Of a stretch of 64,000 nucleotides of DNA, positions 39,390 through 48,743 are shown one piece after another. Below the pieces are notes generated by a model that made no database searches, was not told the DNA's origin, and saw nothing but the letters and a program-made list of their open reading frames with translations. The position numbers and the translations under genes are program-made. Each line of letters opens with the position of its first letter. The first letter of the stretch is position 1. Source of the stretch: Nitrospirota bacterium (GTDB lineage: Bacteria > Nitrospirota > Thermodesulfovibrionia > Thermodesulfovibrionales > JdFR-86); NCBI GenBank assembly GCA_963721805.1, contig CAVRJY010000004.1:192001-256000 (forward strand), given 5' to 3'.

Positions 39390-39687
39390 CGCTTGGATTC
39401 ATGCACTATGATAACCGATTTTGTGCGCGGCGATACCGCCGAGGGCTGATCAATGCGCAGATGCAGCACAAATCATTGACACGCTCAGCAGGGGCTATGT
39501 ATTATGTATAATGATGAAGTCAGCCATATGGACTCAGTAATCATCAAGGTCGGATCTTCTTCAATCCGTTACATCTAAAACGATCCATGCCCATAAAATT
39601 TGATTGCATAGCCGTCAGCGCCGGAGCTGCGATATCCGGGCAATCGGCCTGTCTGCACCGTCAGGGCGCAGCGGCCGCCGGGCGCGC

Positions 39688-40896
39688 TTGAGCAGGATTT
39701 TATATATAGCGTCGGACTTTTATCCTTCAACCGGAGGGTATGCCAACGGCTGCACCTCATTCGTGCTCTCGCTGATGGAAAAAACCGGTGTCTCGGTCGA
39801 CGTCATCACCTTCGCGCCGCTCTCGAACGCTGAAGAGTTAAATTATGAGCGGCTCTCGGTCTCGAGGATCCGCCTGCCGTGGCCATTGGGCGGCCTCAAG
39901 CCTTTTTCATTCGACCTGCTGCTTGCGTATCATATCCTCCGCCAGGCCGGGCGGAAACGCTATGACGCCATTTTCTTCGAGACCGCCGAGTACCCCCTCG
40001 CGGGGCTCCTGACCGCCTACCTCGTCAAAGACAGGCCGCGGGTAATGGTTCGCATTCACGCGTGCAGCGAAACGGAATGGGTCCTGTTCAGGCAGCAGTA
40101 CCTGTATCTGGCAAAAAAATGGCCGACGATATTGTTCTTCAGGAAAGTCCGGTTCATCCTCTCAACGACATCATATTATATCGACTTCGCCAGACATCAT
40201 TTTTTCAACGACAACGCGCTCCTGATAGCGTCGAAGCACTATTTCGTCCTGCCCAACATAGTCCGGCAACGGCCGGATCGCGGCCCGGCCCCCGGCCCCG
40301 GCATCGAACCGCTGTTCGAGCCCGGAGACAACATAGTCTTTTTTACGTTGGGGAGGATGGATTTTTTCGGCGAATTGCAGAAAAATTTCATAAGGCTCTT
40401 CATCGGCCTTTCCCTGTTGAAAGACAAGCCTTACTTCGCCAGGATAGTCCTCGCTATTGTCGGAACCGGAGAGATGAGGGGATACTACGAGGGCCTTGCG
40501 GAACGCCTCGGCATCAAATCCGCGGTCAGGTTCCATGACTATCTCTCAAACGGTGCGTTCAACGACCTGCAGAGGAGGTGCCATGGCGTCATCCTGGCCT
40601 CGACGTTCGAGGGCATGTCGATGTTTGCGCTCGAGGGGATGGCAAACGGCGCCCCGCTGCTGTTCTCCTCAAGCGGCGGCCTGAGCGAGCTTGTCGACGA
40701 CCGGAAAAACGGCATACTCTTCGACCCGTTTGACGTCGACGACATAGCGGAGAAACTGGATTATTACATAACGGACATGTTGCCGGATATCGAATCGGTC
40801 CGCGCGAATTCGCGGAATAAATATGAACGGTGCTTTTCGGCGGACCTTACGGCCGGCAGGTTTTTGAAGATCCTCGACATCATAGAGAAGATATAA
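39688..40896 (+). CDS. GT4 glycosyltransferase
   Basis: RILYIASDFYPSTGG; STFEGMSMFALEGMA. Lower GC. TTG start is tentative. Confidence 0.82.
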   Translation: MSRILYIASDFYPSTGGYANGCTSFVLSLMEKTGVSVDVITFAPLSNAEELNYERLSVSRIRLPWPLGGLKPFSFDLLLAYHILRQAGRKRYDAIFFETAEYPLAGLLTAYLVKDRPRVMVRIHACSETEWVLFRQQYLYLAKKWPTILFFRKVRFILSTTSYYIDFARHHFFNDNALLIASKHYFVLPNIVRQRPDRGPAPGPGIEPLFEPGDNIVFFTLGRMDFFGELQKNFIRLFIGLSLLKDKPYFARIVLAIVGTGEMRGYYEGLAERLGIKSAVRFHDYLSNGAFNDLQRRCHGVILASTFEGMSMFALEGMANGAPLLFSSSGGLSELVDDRKNGILFDPFDVDDIAEKLDYYITDMLPDIESVRANSRNKYERCFSADLTAGRFLKILDIIEKI

Positions 40897-41035
40897 CCCG
40901 CGAAGCTCCGTGCGCTTGATCTGTTAAAATGATCGGTGGACAGCTCACTGGCCGGACCGCCCGGCCTTGCGCGACGAAGCCCGCGGCCGCGGCCATATGC
41001 GCCGGCTGGGACGTCATGGAGGACTTTTTTAGACA

Positions 41036-41866
41036 GTGAGCGACGGGCAGGGAGATAAGCGTTTCGCCTTTGGCGAGAACTGGCAACGGTTCTTGAGCGT
41101 GCTTGACGACGGCCGGATTGCTGAGGCCGAGGCGTCGATAAAAGACATGCTCGGCGTAGGCACGCTCGAAGGCAAAAGCTTCCTCGATATCGGAAACGGA
41201 AGCGGCCTGTTCTCGCTTGCGGCCAGGCGGCTGGGGGCGCGCGTGCGCTCCTTCGATTACGACGCGCACTCCGTGGCCTGTGCGCTGGAGCTGAAGCGGC
41301 GGTACTTCCCTTCCGACGGCAACTGGAAGATCGAGCAGGGCTCGGTACTGGATGCCGGTTACATGAAGTCCCTCGGGCAGTACGACATCGTTTACTCCTG
41401 GGGCGTGCTGCATCACACGGGCTCCATGTGGCGCGCGCTCAAAAACGCGGGCGATGCGGTAAGCCCCGGCGGGAAGCTCTTCATATCCATATATAACGAC
41501 CAGGGCTCCCGCTCCGTGCTGTGGACCCGCGTGAAGCGCCTGTACTGCTCGGGGCGCATCGGCCGGGCGGTCGTGCTGGGGGCGTGCATCCCATACATCG
41601 TCGGGGTCGAGTTCGTGAAGGACGGCCTCCGCCTGCGAAACCCTCTGAAGCGTTACAGCGAATACAGAAAGAACCGCGGGATGTCCGCGTTGCACGACCT
41701 GGTCGACTGGCTCGGGGGCTATCCCTTCGAGGTGGCGAAGCCGGAGGAGATATTCGAGTTCTACCGCGGGCGGGGCTTCAGCCTAGACAGGCTCAAAACC
41801 TGCGGAGGGACATTCGGCTGCAACGAATTCGTCATGACAAGGTCAGCCGGCCCTCCGGCTTCCTGA
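41036..41866 (+). CDS. Class I SAM-dependent methyltransferase
   Basis: RFAFGENW, FLDIGNGSG, YSWGVLHHTG, DWLGGYPFE. Confidence 0.88.
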   Translation: MSDGQGDKRFAFGENWQRFLSVLDDGRIAEAEASIKDMLGVGTLEGKSFLDIGNGSGLFSLAARRLGARVRSFDYDAHSVACALELKRRYFPSDGNWKIEQGSVLDAGYMKSLGQYDIVYSWGVLHHTGSMWRALKNAGDAVSPGGKLFISIYNDQGSRSVLWTRVKRLYCSGRIGRAVVLGACIPYIVGVEFVKDGLRLRNPLKRYSEYRKNRGMSALHDLVDWLGGYPFEVAKPEEIFEFYRGRGFSLDRLKTCGGTFGCNEFVMTRSAGPPAS

Positions 41867-41871
41867 GCCCC

Positions 41872-43416
41872 ATGACCGAGACCCCGGCATCGCATCTCGA
41901 GACGGCGGCAAAGGGCATTATCCTTGTCCTCGCAGCCACGGTCCTGAGCCAGCTGTTCTGGTTTCTGAGCAAGCTGTACGTCGCGACCGCGCTAAGCAAG
42001 CAGGACTTCGGGTTGTTCACCCTGGCCTGGACCATATTTTCGATCATAACAGCGGTAGCCACGCTCGGCCTGCCCGAGGGCCTGCTGCGCTTCATACCTC
42101 TTAAGGGCGCGCAGGGGGACCCTGAGGGCGCACGGGCCATGTCGAGGGCGGCCATGCAGATCACCTCGGGCATCTCGCTTTTTCTGGCCGTCCTTCTGTA
42201 CCTGCTTTCCGGGCCCATCGCGGAACGCGTCTTCTACGACAAGGGGCTTGCATACCCTCTTAGGGCCGTTTCGCTCCTGATCCCCTTTATGCTCGTCTTC
42301 AAGACCGTGCTTTACATCCTGCGGGGCTACGGGTTCATCTACGTAAAGGTCTTAAGCGACATAGGCACCCCCGCGCTCTACGGCCTGCTCGTGGTCGCCT
42401 CCGCGTCGCTCATCCCGGGGATTACCGGCGTCCTCGGCGCATTCGTGATATCCCAGATGGCGGTGGCGGTGCTGGTGGTCGCATACGGGTACTCGATGCT
42501 CGGGAGGGCCAGCCTCTCGCCGTTTGGAGGGAGGCACCGGCGGGAGCTGCTGAGCTTTTCGTGGGTGATAATGCTGGTCTCGATCATAGACATGATGCTG
42601 GCCTGGACGGACAGCCTCATACTCGGCAGGTACGTCGACGCCACCAGCGTGGGCATCTACGGGATCGGCATGTCCATCGCCAAGCTCATCACGATGCCGT
42701 ATGACACCCTGTGGTTTATATTCTTCCCCATCGCCGCTGAACTGTGCTCGGGCGGCAAGGACGCCGAGTTCAAGAGGACCTACCATGTCCTGATGAGGTG
42801 GAATTTTTTCCTTACCCTCCCGATATTTTTCGTCTGCTATTTTTTCCCTGAGACCACCCTCAGCATCCTGTTCAGGGACAAGTTCCAGGATGCCGCCACC
42901 CCGCTGAGGATACTCGCCATTGGGTTCCTCTCGCACGCGGTGCTGGGCATCAGCATCATATCGCTTGTGGCATCCGGGTACATGAAGACGCTGCTTAAGA
43001 TCTCCTCGGCCGGGGCCGTCTTTAACATCGCGCTCAGCTATACCCTGGTCAAGTACATGGGGCTCGGGATGAAAGGCGCGGCCCTGGCCACCGTCTCGAC
43101 TTTCATCCTTATCGATACCGTCTATAGCATCGCCTTTTACCGGACGCGTGGCATATTCCCCCTTACGCCGTCGTTCGTCCGCCCGGTCCTGCTGCTCGCC
43201 GTGGTTGGATATTTCACAAAGCTCCTGGCAGGCCTGATGCCCATGAGCGCCCTGCTGCTGCCGGTATATTTCCTGGTGTTTCTCGTGCTGTATTTCGCGG
43301 GGCTGCTGCTCATCAGGAGCATCGAGGAGGAAGACGTCATGCTGGTGAGGCGCATATCCGGGAGGCTCAACATACCTGCCGGGGGCCTGATAAGATTCCT
43401 CGAAAGATTCGTCTGA
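41872..43416 (+). CDS. Wzx/MOP-family polysaccharide flippase
   Basis: Multi-pass hydrophobic protein; LGLPEGLLRFI, TDSLILG...VGIYG. Start ATG 41872. Confidence 0.88.
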   Translation: MTETPASHLETAAKGIILVLAATVLSQLFWFLSKLYVATALSKQDFGLFTLAWTIFSIITAVATLGLPEGLLRFIPLKGAQGDPEGARAMSRAAMQITSGISLFLAVLLYLLSGPIAERVFYDKGLAYPLRAVSLLIPFMLVFKTVLYILRGYGFIYVKVLSDIGTPALYGLLVVASASLIPGITGVLGAFVISQMAVAVLVVAYGYSMLGRASLSPFGGRHRRELLSFSWVIMLVSIIDMMLAWTDSLILGRYVDATSVGIYGIGMSIAKLITMPYDTLWFIFFPIAAELCSGGKDAEFKRTYHVLMRWNFFLTLPIFFVCYFFPETTLSILFRDKFQDAATPLRILAIGFLSHAVLGISIISLVASGYMKTLLKISSAGAVFNIALSYTLVKYMGLGMKGAALATVSTFILIDTVYSIAFYRTRGIFPLTPSFVRPVLLLAVVGYFTKLLAGLMPMSALLLPVYFLVFLVLYFAGLLLIRSIEEEDVMLVRRISGRLNIPAGGLIRFLERFV

Positions 43417-43574
43417 GACGCCAGGGCCTATGCCGCGTCTTGCGCGGCCCCGCGTCCGCATCGAACAGCCTTCGTACCGCCTCCGCATGCCGTTTTTAGA
43501 CAAACCGCGTTTTTTGTGATATGGTTTGCTTGGGGGGTTCGGCCCCCCTCAAACAACACAAGGAGCGTGCGCAT

Positions 43575-44186
43575 ATGGATACCAGCTGCGGCATAATGAT
43601 CGGCAGGGCGGTGCCGGACTTCAGCATCGAGACGTTCGAGCCGACCAAGGGCGGTTTCGGCACATTCAGCCTCTCGGAGCAGCTCAAGAAGATGAAATGG
43701 ACGATACTGTTTTTCTACCCCGCGGACTTCACCTTCGTCTGAGCGACGGAGTTCGCTGCCCTGGCAGGGCAGTACGACCGCTTCAAGAAAATGGGGGCCG
43801 AGATCATCACGGTCAGCTGCGATACGAAGTACGTCCACCTCGCCTGGCACCGCGACGAGGGCATGCTCAAGGATGTCACTTACCCGATGGGCTCCGACCC
43901 CACCGGCAACCTCGGCCGGACATTCGGCATCCATGACGAGGACAAGGGGCTGCACCTGCGCGGGACGTTCATCATCAGCCCGGCGGGCATACTGTTTAAT
44001 TCCGAGGTGAACTTCTTTAACCTCGGCCGCAACGTGGACGAGCTCATGCGCAAGTTCAAGGCGAACCTCCACCTCGCGAAGAAGACCGCCGAGGCCTGTC
44101 CCTCAAAATGGAAAGAGGAAGGGGACAAGACCTTAAAACCCACGGCCGCGATGGTCGGCAAGGTAGCCGAGGCCATGGCAGGCTAG
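43575..44186 (+). CDS. Selenocysteine-containing AhpC-type peroxiredoxin (in-frame UGA at 43740-43742)
   Basis: FFYPADFTFV-UGA-ATE aligns with the FTFVCPTE peroxidatic Cys motif. Frame continues to EACPSKW. Hairpin follows the UGA. Confidence 0.9.
43743..43781 (+). promoter_or_regulatory. Bacterial SECIS-like stem-loop
   Basis: ctgccct-GGC-agggcag (43756-43772) with a G-led apical loop about 20 nt after the UGA. Confidence 0.7.
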
Positions 44187-44221
44187 CGGATCACATACCT
44201 TTAAAGGAGGACGAAACGAAT

Positions 44222-44659
44222 ATGGCCGCTATCAAGGGAAGCAAGCAGTTGCTAGAGATGCTCAACAAGGCCCTCGAGATGGAGATGGCCGTTAGCATAC
44301 AGTACATGTGGCAGCACATCCTGGCCAGGGGCATGTACTCAAACGCGATAGGCCCGACGTTCCGCCTGATCGCGCTTCAGGAGATGCTCCACGGCGAACT
44401 TATCGCCGAGCGGCTCGACTACCTGGGCGGCAAGCCCACGACCGAGCCGGGCAAGATCGTCATAGGCGGCACCGACCCCTTCAAGATGCTCAAGGTGGAC
44501 GTCAAGTCCGAGGAGGACGCGATAACGCTCTACAAAAAGATCATCAAGCTCGCGGACAAGGAAGACGACGTCACGACCCGCAAGATGATGGAGGACATCC
44601 TCCTTCAGGAGGAAAACCACCACAACACCTTTACGAACTTGATCGAAAACCCGATCTAG
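44222..44659 (+). CDS. Bacterioferritin-like di-iron protein
   Basis: E..V.IQYM.QH, QEMLH, AERL..LGG.P, EE.AI..Y, EENH motifs. SD AAGGAGG. Confidence 0.88.
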   Translation: MAAIKGSKQLLEMLNKALEMEMAVSIQYMWQHILARGMYSNAIGPTFRLIALQEMLHGELIAERLDYLGGKPTTEPGKIVIGGTDPFKMLKVDVKSEEDAITLYKKIIKLADKEDDVTTRKMMEDILLQEENHHNTFTNLIENPI

Positions 44660-44664
44660 TCCAG

Positions 44665-44699
44665 TGACCGGGGGCTCCCTTACTGGGGGCTCCCGGTCA
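44665..44699. terminator. Hairpin between the convergent ferritin-like and YkgJ genes
   Basis: tgaccgggggctccc / gggggctcccggtca inverted repeat. Confidence 0.5.
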
Positions 44700-45291
44700 A
44701 CCCCAACATTTGTAAGAGACGTTTCCAGTTCTGCGCCCTCAGGTTCCTGGCCATCGACTGTATGATCTCGTCAGCGGCCATCGAGGCCATGAATTCGTCC
44801 TTCGGCGGGGTGAAGTAAAACCCGAGCGTCATCGCGAAGGCGCGGAGCCTCCAGCCCTCAGCCGGAGTGAGCACGTCAGGCCGCCTGGTATGAAACGGGT
44901 CCTCGCCCTCCCCGCACTGAGCGCCGAATACGATGAACTGCCTGCACGCTATCGGCCTGACGGTATATATCGCGCACGCCCCCTCGACCAGAAACGGGCA
45001 TGCGGCCGAGGGGCCGGCCGTGACGAGGTTGGCGGCCACCGCCTCGCGCAGCGGCGGCCTTAAGCGTTCGACCACATACCAGTTTATGCCCTCGAGCTCT
45101 ATCGGATAGACCGGGATCTCGTGCAGGCCGCAGCAGGTGCCGCAGCCCTTCTTGCATGCGACCGCAGGGCCGCCCAAGGCAAGACGCGAGCGGACGTCAG
45201 CCGCTATGCCGAGGTCCGCGGCCTCGTATGCGTTTAAAAGGAGCGTCAGCCAGGGGTGTTTTAGCTCATCGGCCCTGAACTCGTCGCGCAT
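44680..45291 (-). CDS. YkgJ-family cysteine-cluster protein
   Basis: CKKGCGTCC, CPFL...CAIY.VRP.ACR. Confidence 0.85.
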   Translation of the reverse strand: MRDEFRADELKHPWLTLLLNAYEAADLGIAADVRSRLALGGPAVACKKGCGTCCGLHEIPVYPIELEGINWYVVERLRPPLREAVAANLVTAGPSAACPFLVEGACAIYTVRPIACRQFIVFGAQCGEGEDPFHTRRPDVLTPAEGWRLRAFAMTLGFYFTPPKDEFMASMAADEIIQSMARNLRAQNWKRLLQMLGLTGSPQ

Positions 45292-45434
45292 CGGGGATAT
45301 CCTCCATGGGGTGCTGCGGGCGCTGCGCGGAGCTGACGCGCCGGGATGCCCGCGCAAATAAATATTCAGTTGCATCTTAACAATTTTGTCTTTACAGTGT
45401 AAAATAGGCCTGAACGTACAGGGGAGGGTATCGG

Positions 45435-46249
45435 GTGCCGAGCATTGACAATACGTCAAAGGGCCTTCTGCCGGACGAAGAGAAGACTGCGGCCGCGGCC
45501 GACCCCGAAAGGACGCGCGAGCTCCTGCTCCTTAACCGCCACCACATGGAAACCCTCGGCCGCCTCTCGGCCGGCATCACACACGAGATCAACACCCCGC
45601 TAACGTACATTAAAGGGAACCTCGAGCTCCTGCGCGCCGGGATGGGCCGCACCCTGCCCCCTGAGCGCATAGCCGAGTTTGAGAGGTTCATCTCGCCGAT
45701 AGCGGACGGGGTGGAGCGCATCGCCGCGACCGTAAATTCGATGAAGGGCCTCGTGGGCGTGATGCGCAGCTACAGGGAGGAGCGATCCGTGAACGTCTAC
45801 TCCACCCTGGTGTACGCCGCACGCCTCTTAAACACCGAGCTTAAGCACGCCTCCCCGCTCTATATAAACGGCAGGCCGTTCTCCATCACGATGGACGCCG
45901 AGGCCGAGACCTGCAAGGCGACCCTCAACGCCACGAACATCGAGCAGGTATGGCTCGTAATCCTCAACAACGCAATCGAGGCCTTCGGCCAGAGCCCCCT
46001 TCCCTTCGAGGAGCGCCGCATCGAGGTCTCGTGCTCAGCACGCGAGGGCGGGGTCCGCGTCCTGATCAGGGACAACGCCGGGCCGATTCCTGATGAGGCG
46101 CTGGGCCGTATGTTCGAACTCTTCGAGAGCACGAAGCAGGGGGCTCGGGCATCGGGCTTCACATGGCAAGGACAATAGTGCAGAGCATGGGCGGCACGAT
46201 ACGCGCACTTAACGATGGGGATTGGGCCGAGTTTGAGGTAGCCGTTTAA
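45435..46249 (+). CDS. Cytoplasmic histidine kinase without sensor domain; one-base loss in a G run near 46141
   Basis: [23 protein letters not shown]. Adding one G restores GGSGIGL...MGGTI...FEVAV*. Confidence 0.82.
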
Positions 46250-46272
46250 CGGGCAAGCGAGGGGGAAGCGCG

Positions 46273-47601
46273 ATGTTTGTATCGAAGACGAGGCTAAAGG
46301 AGGCAGAGCGCCGGGGGGAGGCGCTGCAGGGAGATCTGGAGGCCGCGAGGGCCGAGGCCGCGCTATATCGCGAGATAGCCTGCTGCTCGAAGGACGAGTT
46401 TCTGGCGGTCATCGACGCCTCGGGCGAGCTCGTATTCGCGAACGACCGCGCGAAGTCTTTCACCGGATTCGACTCGGTCCTGCGCGAGCTCCGGGTCGGC
46501 AAGAATGAGATCGCGACCGACGAGTTCCGTCTCGTCGTCAAGTCACGGCCCCTCTCGGGCGGGCTCACCGCATACTCGATGTCCGAGGCCGTGATCGTCG
46601 GGGGCGACACCGAGATCATCAACCTCCACCAGGACAGCATCCGAAGCGCGCTGGCCGGCTCGCAGCAGGTCCTAAGCGGGATGCTCGGCAAGTTCGAGGA
46701 GATGATCGAGGAGGCGCGCGACACCGCGCAGAAGGCCACCGAGGGCATCGAAACCTCCGAGGCGATGAGCGGCGGGGTCGAGAGGCTCTCCGCCCTGATG
46801 GACGACGCCAGCCGCCTGATGCAGTCGCTGGGCGAGCGCGGGGACGCAATATCGAGCGTCATCACGCTGATCAACGACATCGCCGAGCAGACGAACCTCC
46901 TTGCGCTCAACGCGGCGATAGAGGCCGCGCGCGCGGGCGAGCAGGGCCGCGGCTTCGCGGTCGTGGCAGGCGAGGTCAAGAAGCTCGCCGAGCGCACCTC
47001 GAAGGCCACCTCCGAGATCCGCACCGTGGTGCAGGGCATGCAGGCCGAGATAATCGAGTCGCGCCGAAGTACCTCGGACATCCACGACATCGTCGGGCAG
47101 ACCAGCGCGAACATCATGGACTTCGGCCACAAGCTCAGCTCGTTTCAGAAAAACTCCTCGCGCGCGGTCTTCGAGGTCCTGGACGTGAGCAACCGCATCT
47201 TCGTCACCTTGGCGAAGATCGACCACGTGGTATTTAAGAACAACGTCTACGCGTTCCTCTTCGGCCAGGCCGACAGCTACAAGCCCGTAGATTTCCATAA
47301 CTGCCGCCTCGGGAAGTGGTACTATGAGGGCATAGGCAAGCGCAGGTTCAGCACCGTGCCCTCCTACAAGAGGCTGGAGGCCCCGCACTCGGTCGTGCAC
47401 GAGGAGGCCAACGCCCTCGTGGCCGAATGCGGCCACGGCCTCAAGGGGCGCTGCACGATCTCGGAGATCGAGGGCCGCATCCGACGGATCGAGGCCGCGA
47501 GCGCCGAGGTCGGCGCGTTCCTCGACAAGATGGTCGAGGAAAAGACCAACGAGCTGATGAAGATGGCGGTAGAAGAACTCTTCAAGGAAGGCAGGAGGTA
47601 G
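46273..47601 (+). CDS. Soluble chemoreceptor (MCP) with C-terminal CZB domain
   Basis: [36 protein letters not shown]...CRLGKWY...PHSVVH. No TM segments. Confidence 0.92.
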   Translation: MFVSKTRLKEAERRGEALQGDLEAARAEAALYREIACCSKDEFLAVIDASGELVFANDRAKSFTGFDSVLRELRVGKNEIATDEFRLVVKSRPLSGGLTAYSMSEAVIVGGDTEIINLHQDSIRSALAGSQQVLSGMLGKFEEMIEEARDTAQKATEGIETSEAMSGGVERLSALMDDASRLMQSLGERGDAISSVITLINDIAEQTNLLALNAAIEAARAGEQGRGFAVVAGEVKKLAERTSKATSEIRTVVQGMQAEIIESRRSTSDIHDIVGQTSANIMDFGHKLSSFQKNSSRAVFEVLDVSNRIFVTLAKIDHVVFKNNVYAFLFGQADSYKPVDFHNCRLGKWYYEGIGKRRFSTVPSYKRLEAPHSVVHEEANALVAECGHGLKGRCTISEIEGRIRRIEAASAEVGAFLDKMVEEKTNELMKMAVEELFKEGRR

Positions 47602-47609
47602 ACGCGCCG

Positions 47610-47981
47610 ATGATCAACGTCATGGTCATAGACGACGAGCCGCAGATCACCTCGATGATCGAGACGGCCCTCGCGGCCAACAAGGAGCTGCAAGTCTCGG
47701 CCTACAACAACCCGCTAAACGCCATAGCGGCCCTCGCAAGCCGCAGCCCCGACGTCGTGCTGCTGGACATCATGATGCCCCAGATGGACGGCCTTAAGGC
47801 CCTCGACGCGATCAGGGAGAAATGCCCGCGGGCGAAGGTGATCATGATAACCGCGTACTCCACACTGGATAGGGTGCTTTCGAGCCACAAGAAAGGCGCG
47901 CACGACTTCATCATAAAGCCCTTCGACAGCCTCGCGGCCATCGAGAAGAAATGCCTGAGCGCGGCCATCGCCAAGGACTGA
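47610..47981 (+). CDS. Single-domain response regulator
   Basis: IDDE, LLDIMMPQMDG, ITAY, FIIKPF. Confidence 0.9.
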   Translation: MINVMVIDDEPQITSMIETALAANKELQVSAYNNPLNAIAALASRSPDVVLLDIMMPQMDGLKALDAIREKCPRAKVIMITAYSTLDRVLSSHKKGAHDFIIKPFDSLAAIEKKCLSAAIAKD

Positions 47982-48004
47982 CCGGGCCACAGACATAAAA
48001 TGGA

Positions 48005-48024
48005 AAGGGACCCGGAGGCCCCTT
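48005..48024 (-). terminator. Intrinsic terminator of the arsR operon
   Basis: AAGGGGCC-UCCG-GGUCCCUU then UCCAUUUU on the minus strand. Confidence 0.55.
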
Positions 48025-48065
48025 CTTGTTTGTCAGTAACGCCGCCGGAACCGGCGGCAGGCGGC

Positions 48066-48257
48066 CTAGCAGCCGCCTATCGGGCTTCAGCCACCGCCGG
48101 AGCCGCCAAGCAGGCTCCCGAAAAGCGAATCCGACCCGTGGGATACTACGTTGTAGCCCCCGCAGACCGGGCAGCAAAGCTCCTCTGACGAGACGACCTC
48201 GCCGTCCTTGAGCTTAAGCCTGCTTCCGCACTGCAGGCAAAGGTATTGTTTTGCCAT
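48066..48257 (-). CDS. Unannotated small FmdB-like Zn-ribbon protein; ends at UGA 48087-48089, or reads through as Sec to TAG 48066
   Basis: MAKQYLCLQCG...LCCPVCGG...GGSGGG-UGA-SPIGGC-TAG. SD GGAGG inside the arsR 3' end. Confidence 0.7.
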
Positions 48258-48260
48258 TTC

Positions 48261-48671
48261 TTATTTGCCTCCTGATTTAACTTTTTTACGGCGTTTATCC
48301 ATGTATGCCAGAAAGGTCTTCATGTCGCAGCGTCCGGTCTTCTCCTGGAACTCCCGGCAGTCCGCGAGGCTCTTGAGGTCGAGGCCGTAGGCGGCCGCGT
48401 CCTTTAATTCGTCCCTGAGCACCTTCATGACCGCGCGGGCGCGGGGCGGAAGGCGTTTTTTAAGCACGTAGAACACGAGCTTCCCGTCGCGCCGCTCGTC
48501 GACGAGCCCGGCCGCGTCCAGCATGGCCATGTTGCGCGAGACCAGGGGCTGGGAAATCCCGAGCACCGCCATGATCTGGCATACGCAGAGTTCGGCCTCC
48601 CCGAGGAGCATCAGCATCCTCAGGCGCGTCTCGTCCGCGAAAAGCTGGAAGAACCTTGCCGTGTCTTTCAT
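48261..48671 (-). CDS. ArsR/SmtB metalloregulator
   Basis: FADETRLRML, ELCVC metal site, SQPLVSRNM, RRDGKLVFY. Confidence 0.92.
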   Translation of the reverse strand: MKDTARFFQLFADETRLRMLMLLGEAELCVCQIMAVLGISQPLVSRNMAMLDAAGLVDERRDGKLVFYVLKKRLPPRARAVMKVLRDELKDAAAYGLDLKSLADCREFQEKTGRCDMKTFLAYMDKRRKKVKSGGK

Positions 48672-48709
48672 ATAAACCAATTATAATTCGTTTATCTGGC
48701 CGATGTCAA
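48672..48709 (-). promoter_or_regulatory. arsR promoter (TTGACA-N18-TATAAT) with an overlapping 24-bp palindromic operator
   Basis: ataaaccaattataattcgtttat (48672-48695) has 11 of 12 symmetric pairs and covers the -10. Confidence 0.75.
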
Positions 48710-48743
48710 ATCCCGGGGCCAGCCCGATGGCCGCAATACGCCG

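Noticed and set aside
39333..39401. Extra frameshift or uORF at the start of the GT4 gene
   Set aside because: Ambiguous: an in-frame GTG just before KVLFFIS explains the gene without a shift.
43521..44186. Peroxiredoxin pseudogene or two separate ORFs
   Set aside because: The stop is UGA exactly at the catalytic Cys with a SECIS-like hairpin; Sec recoding fits better.
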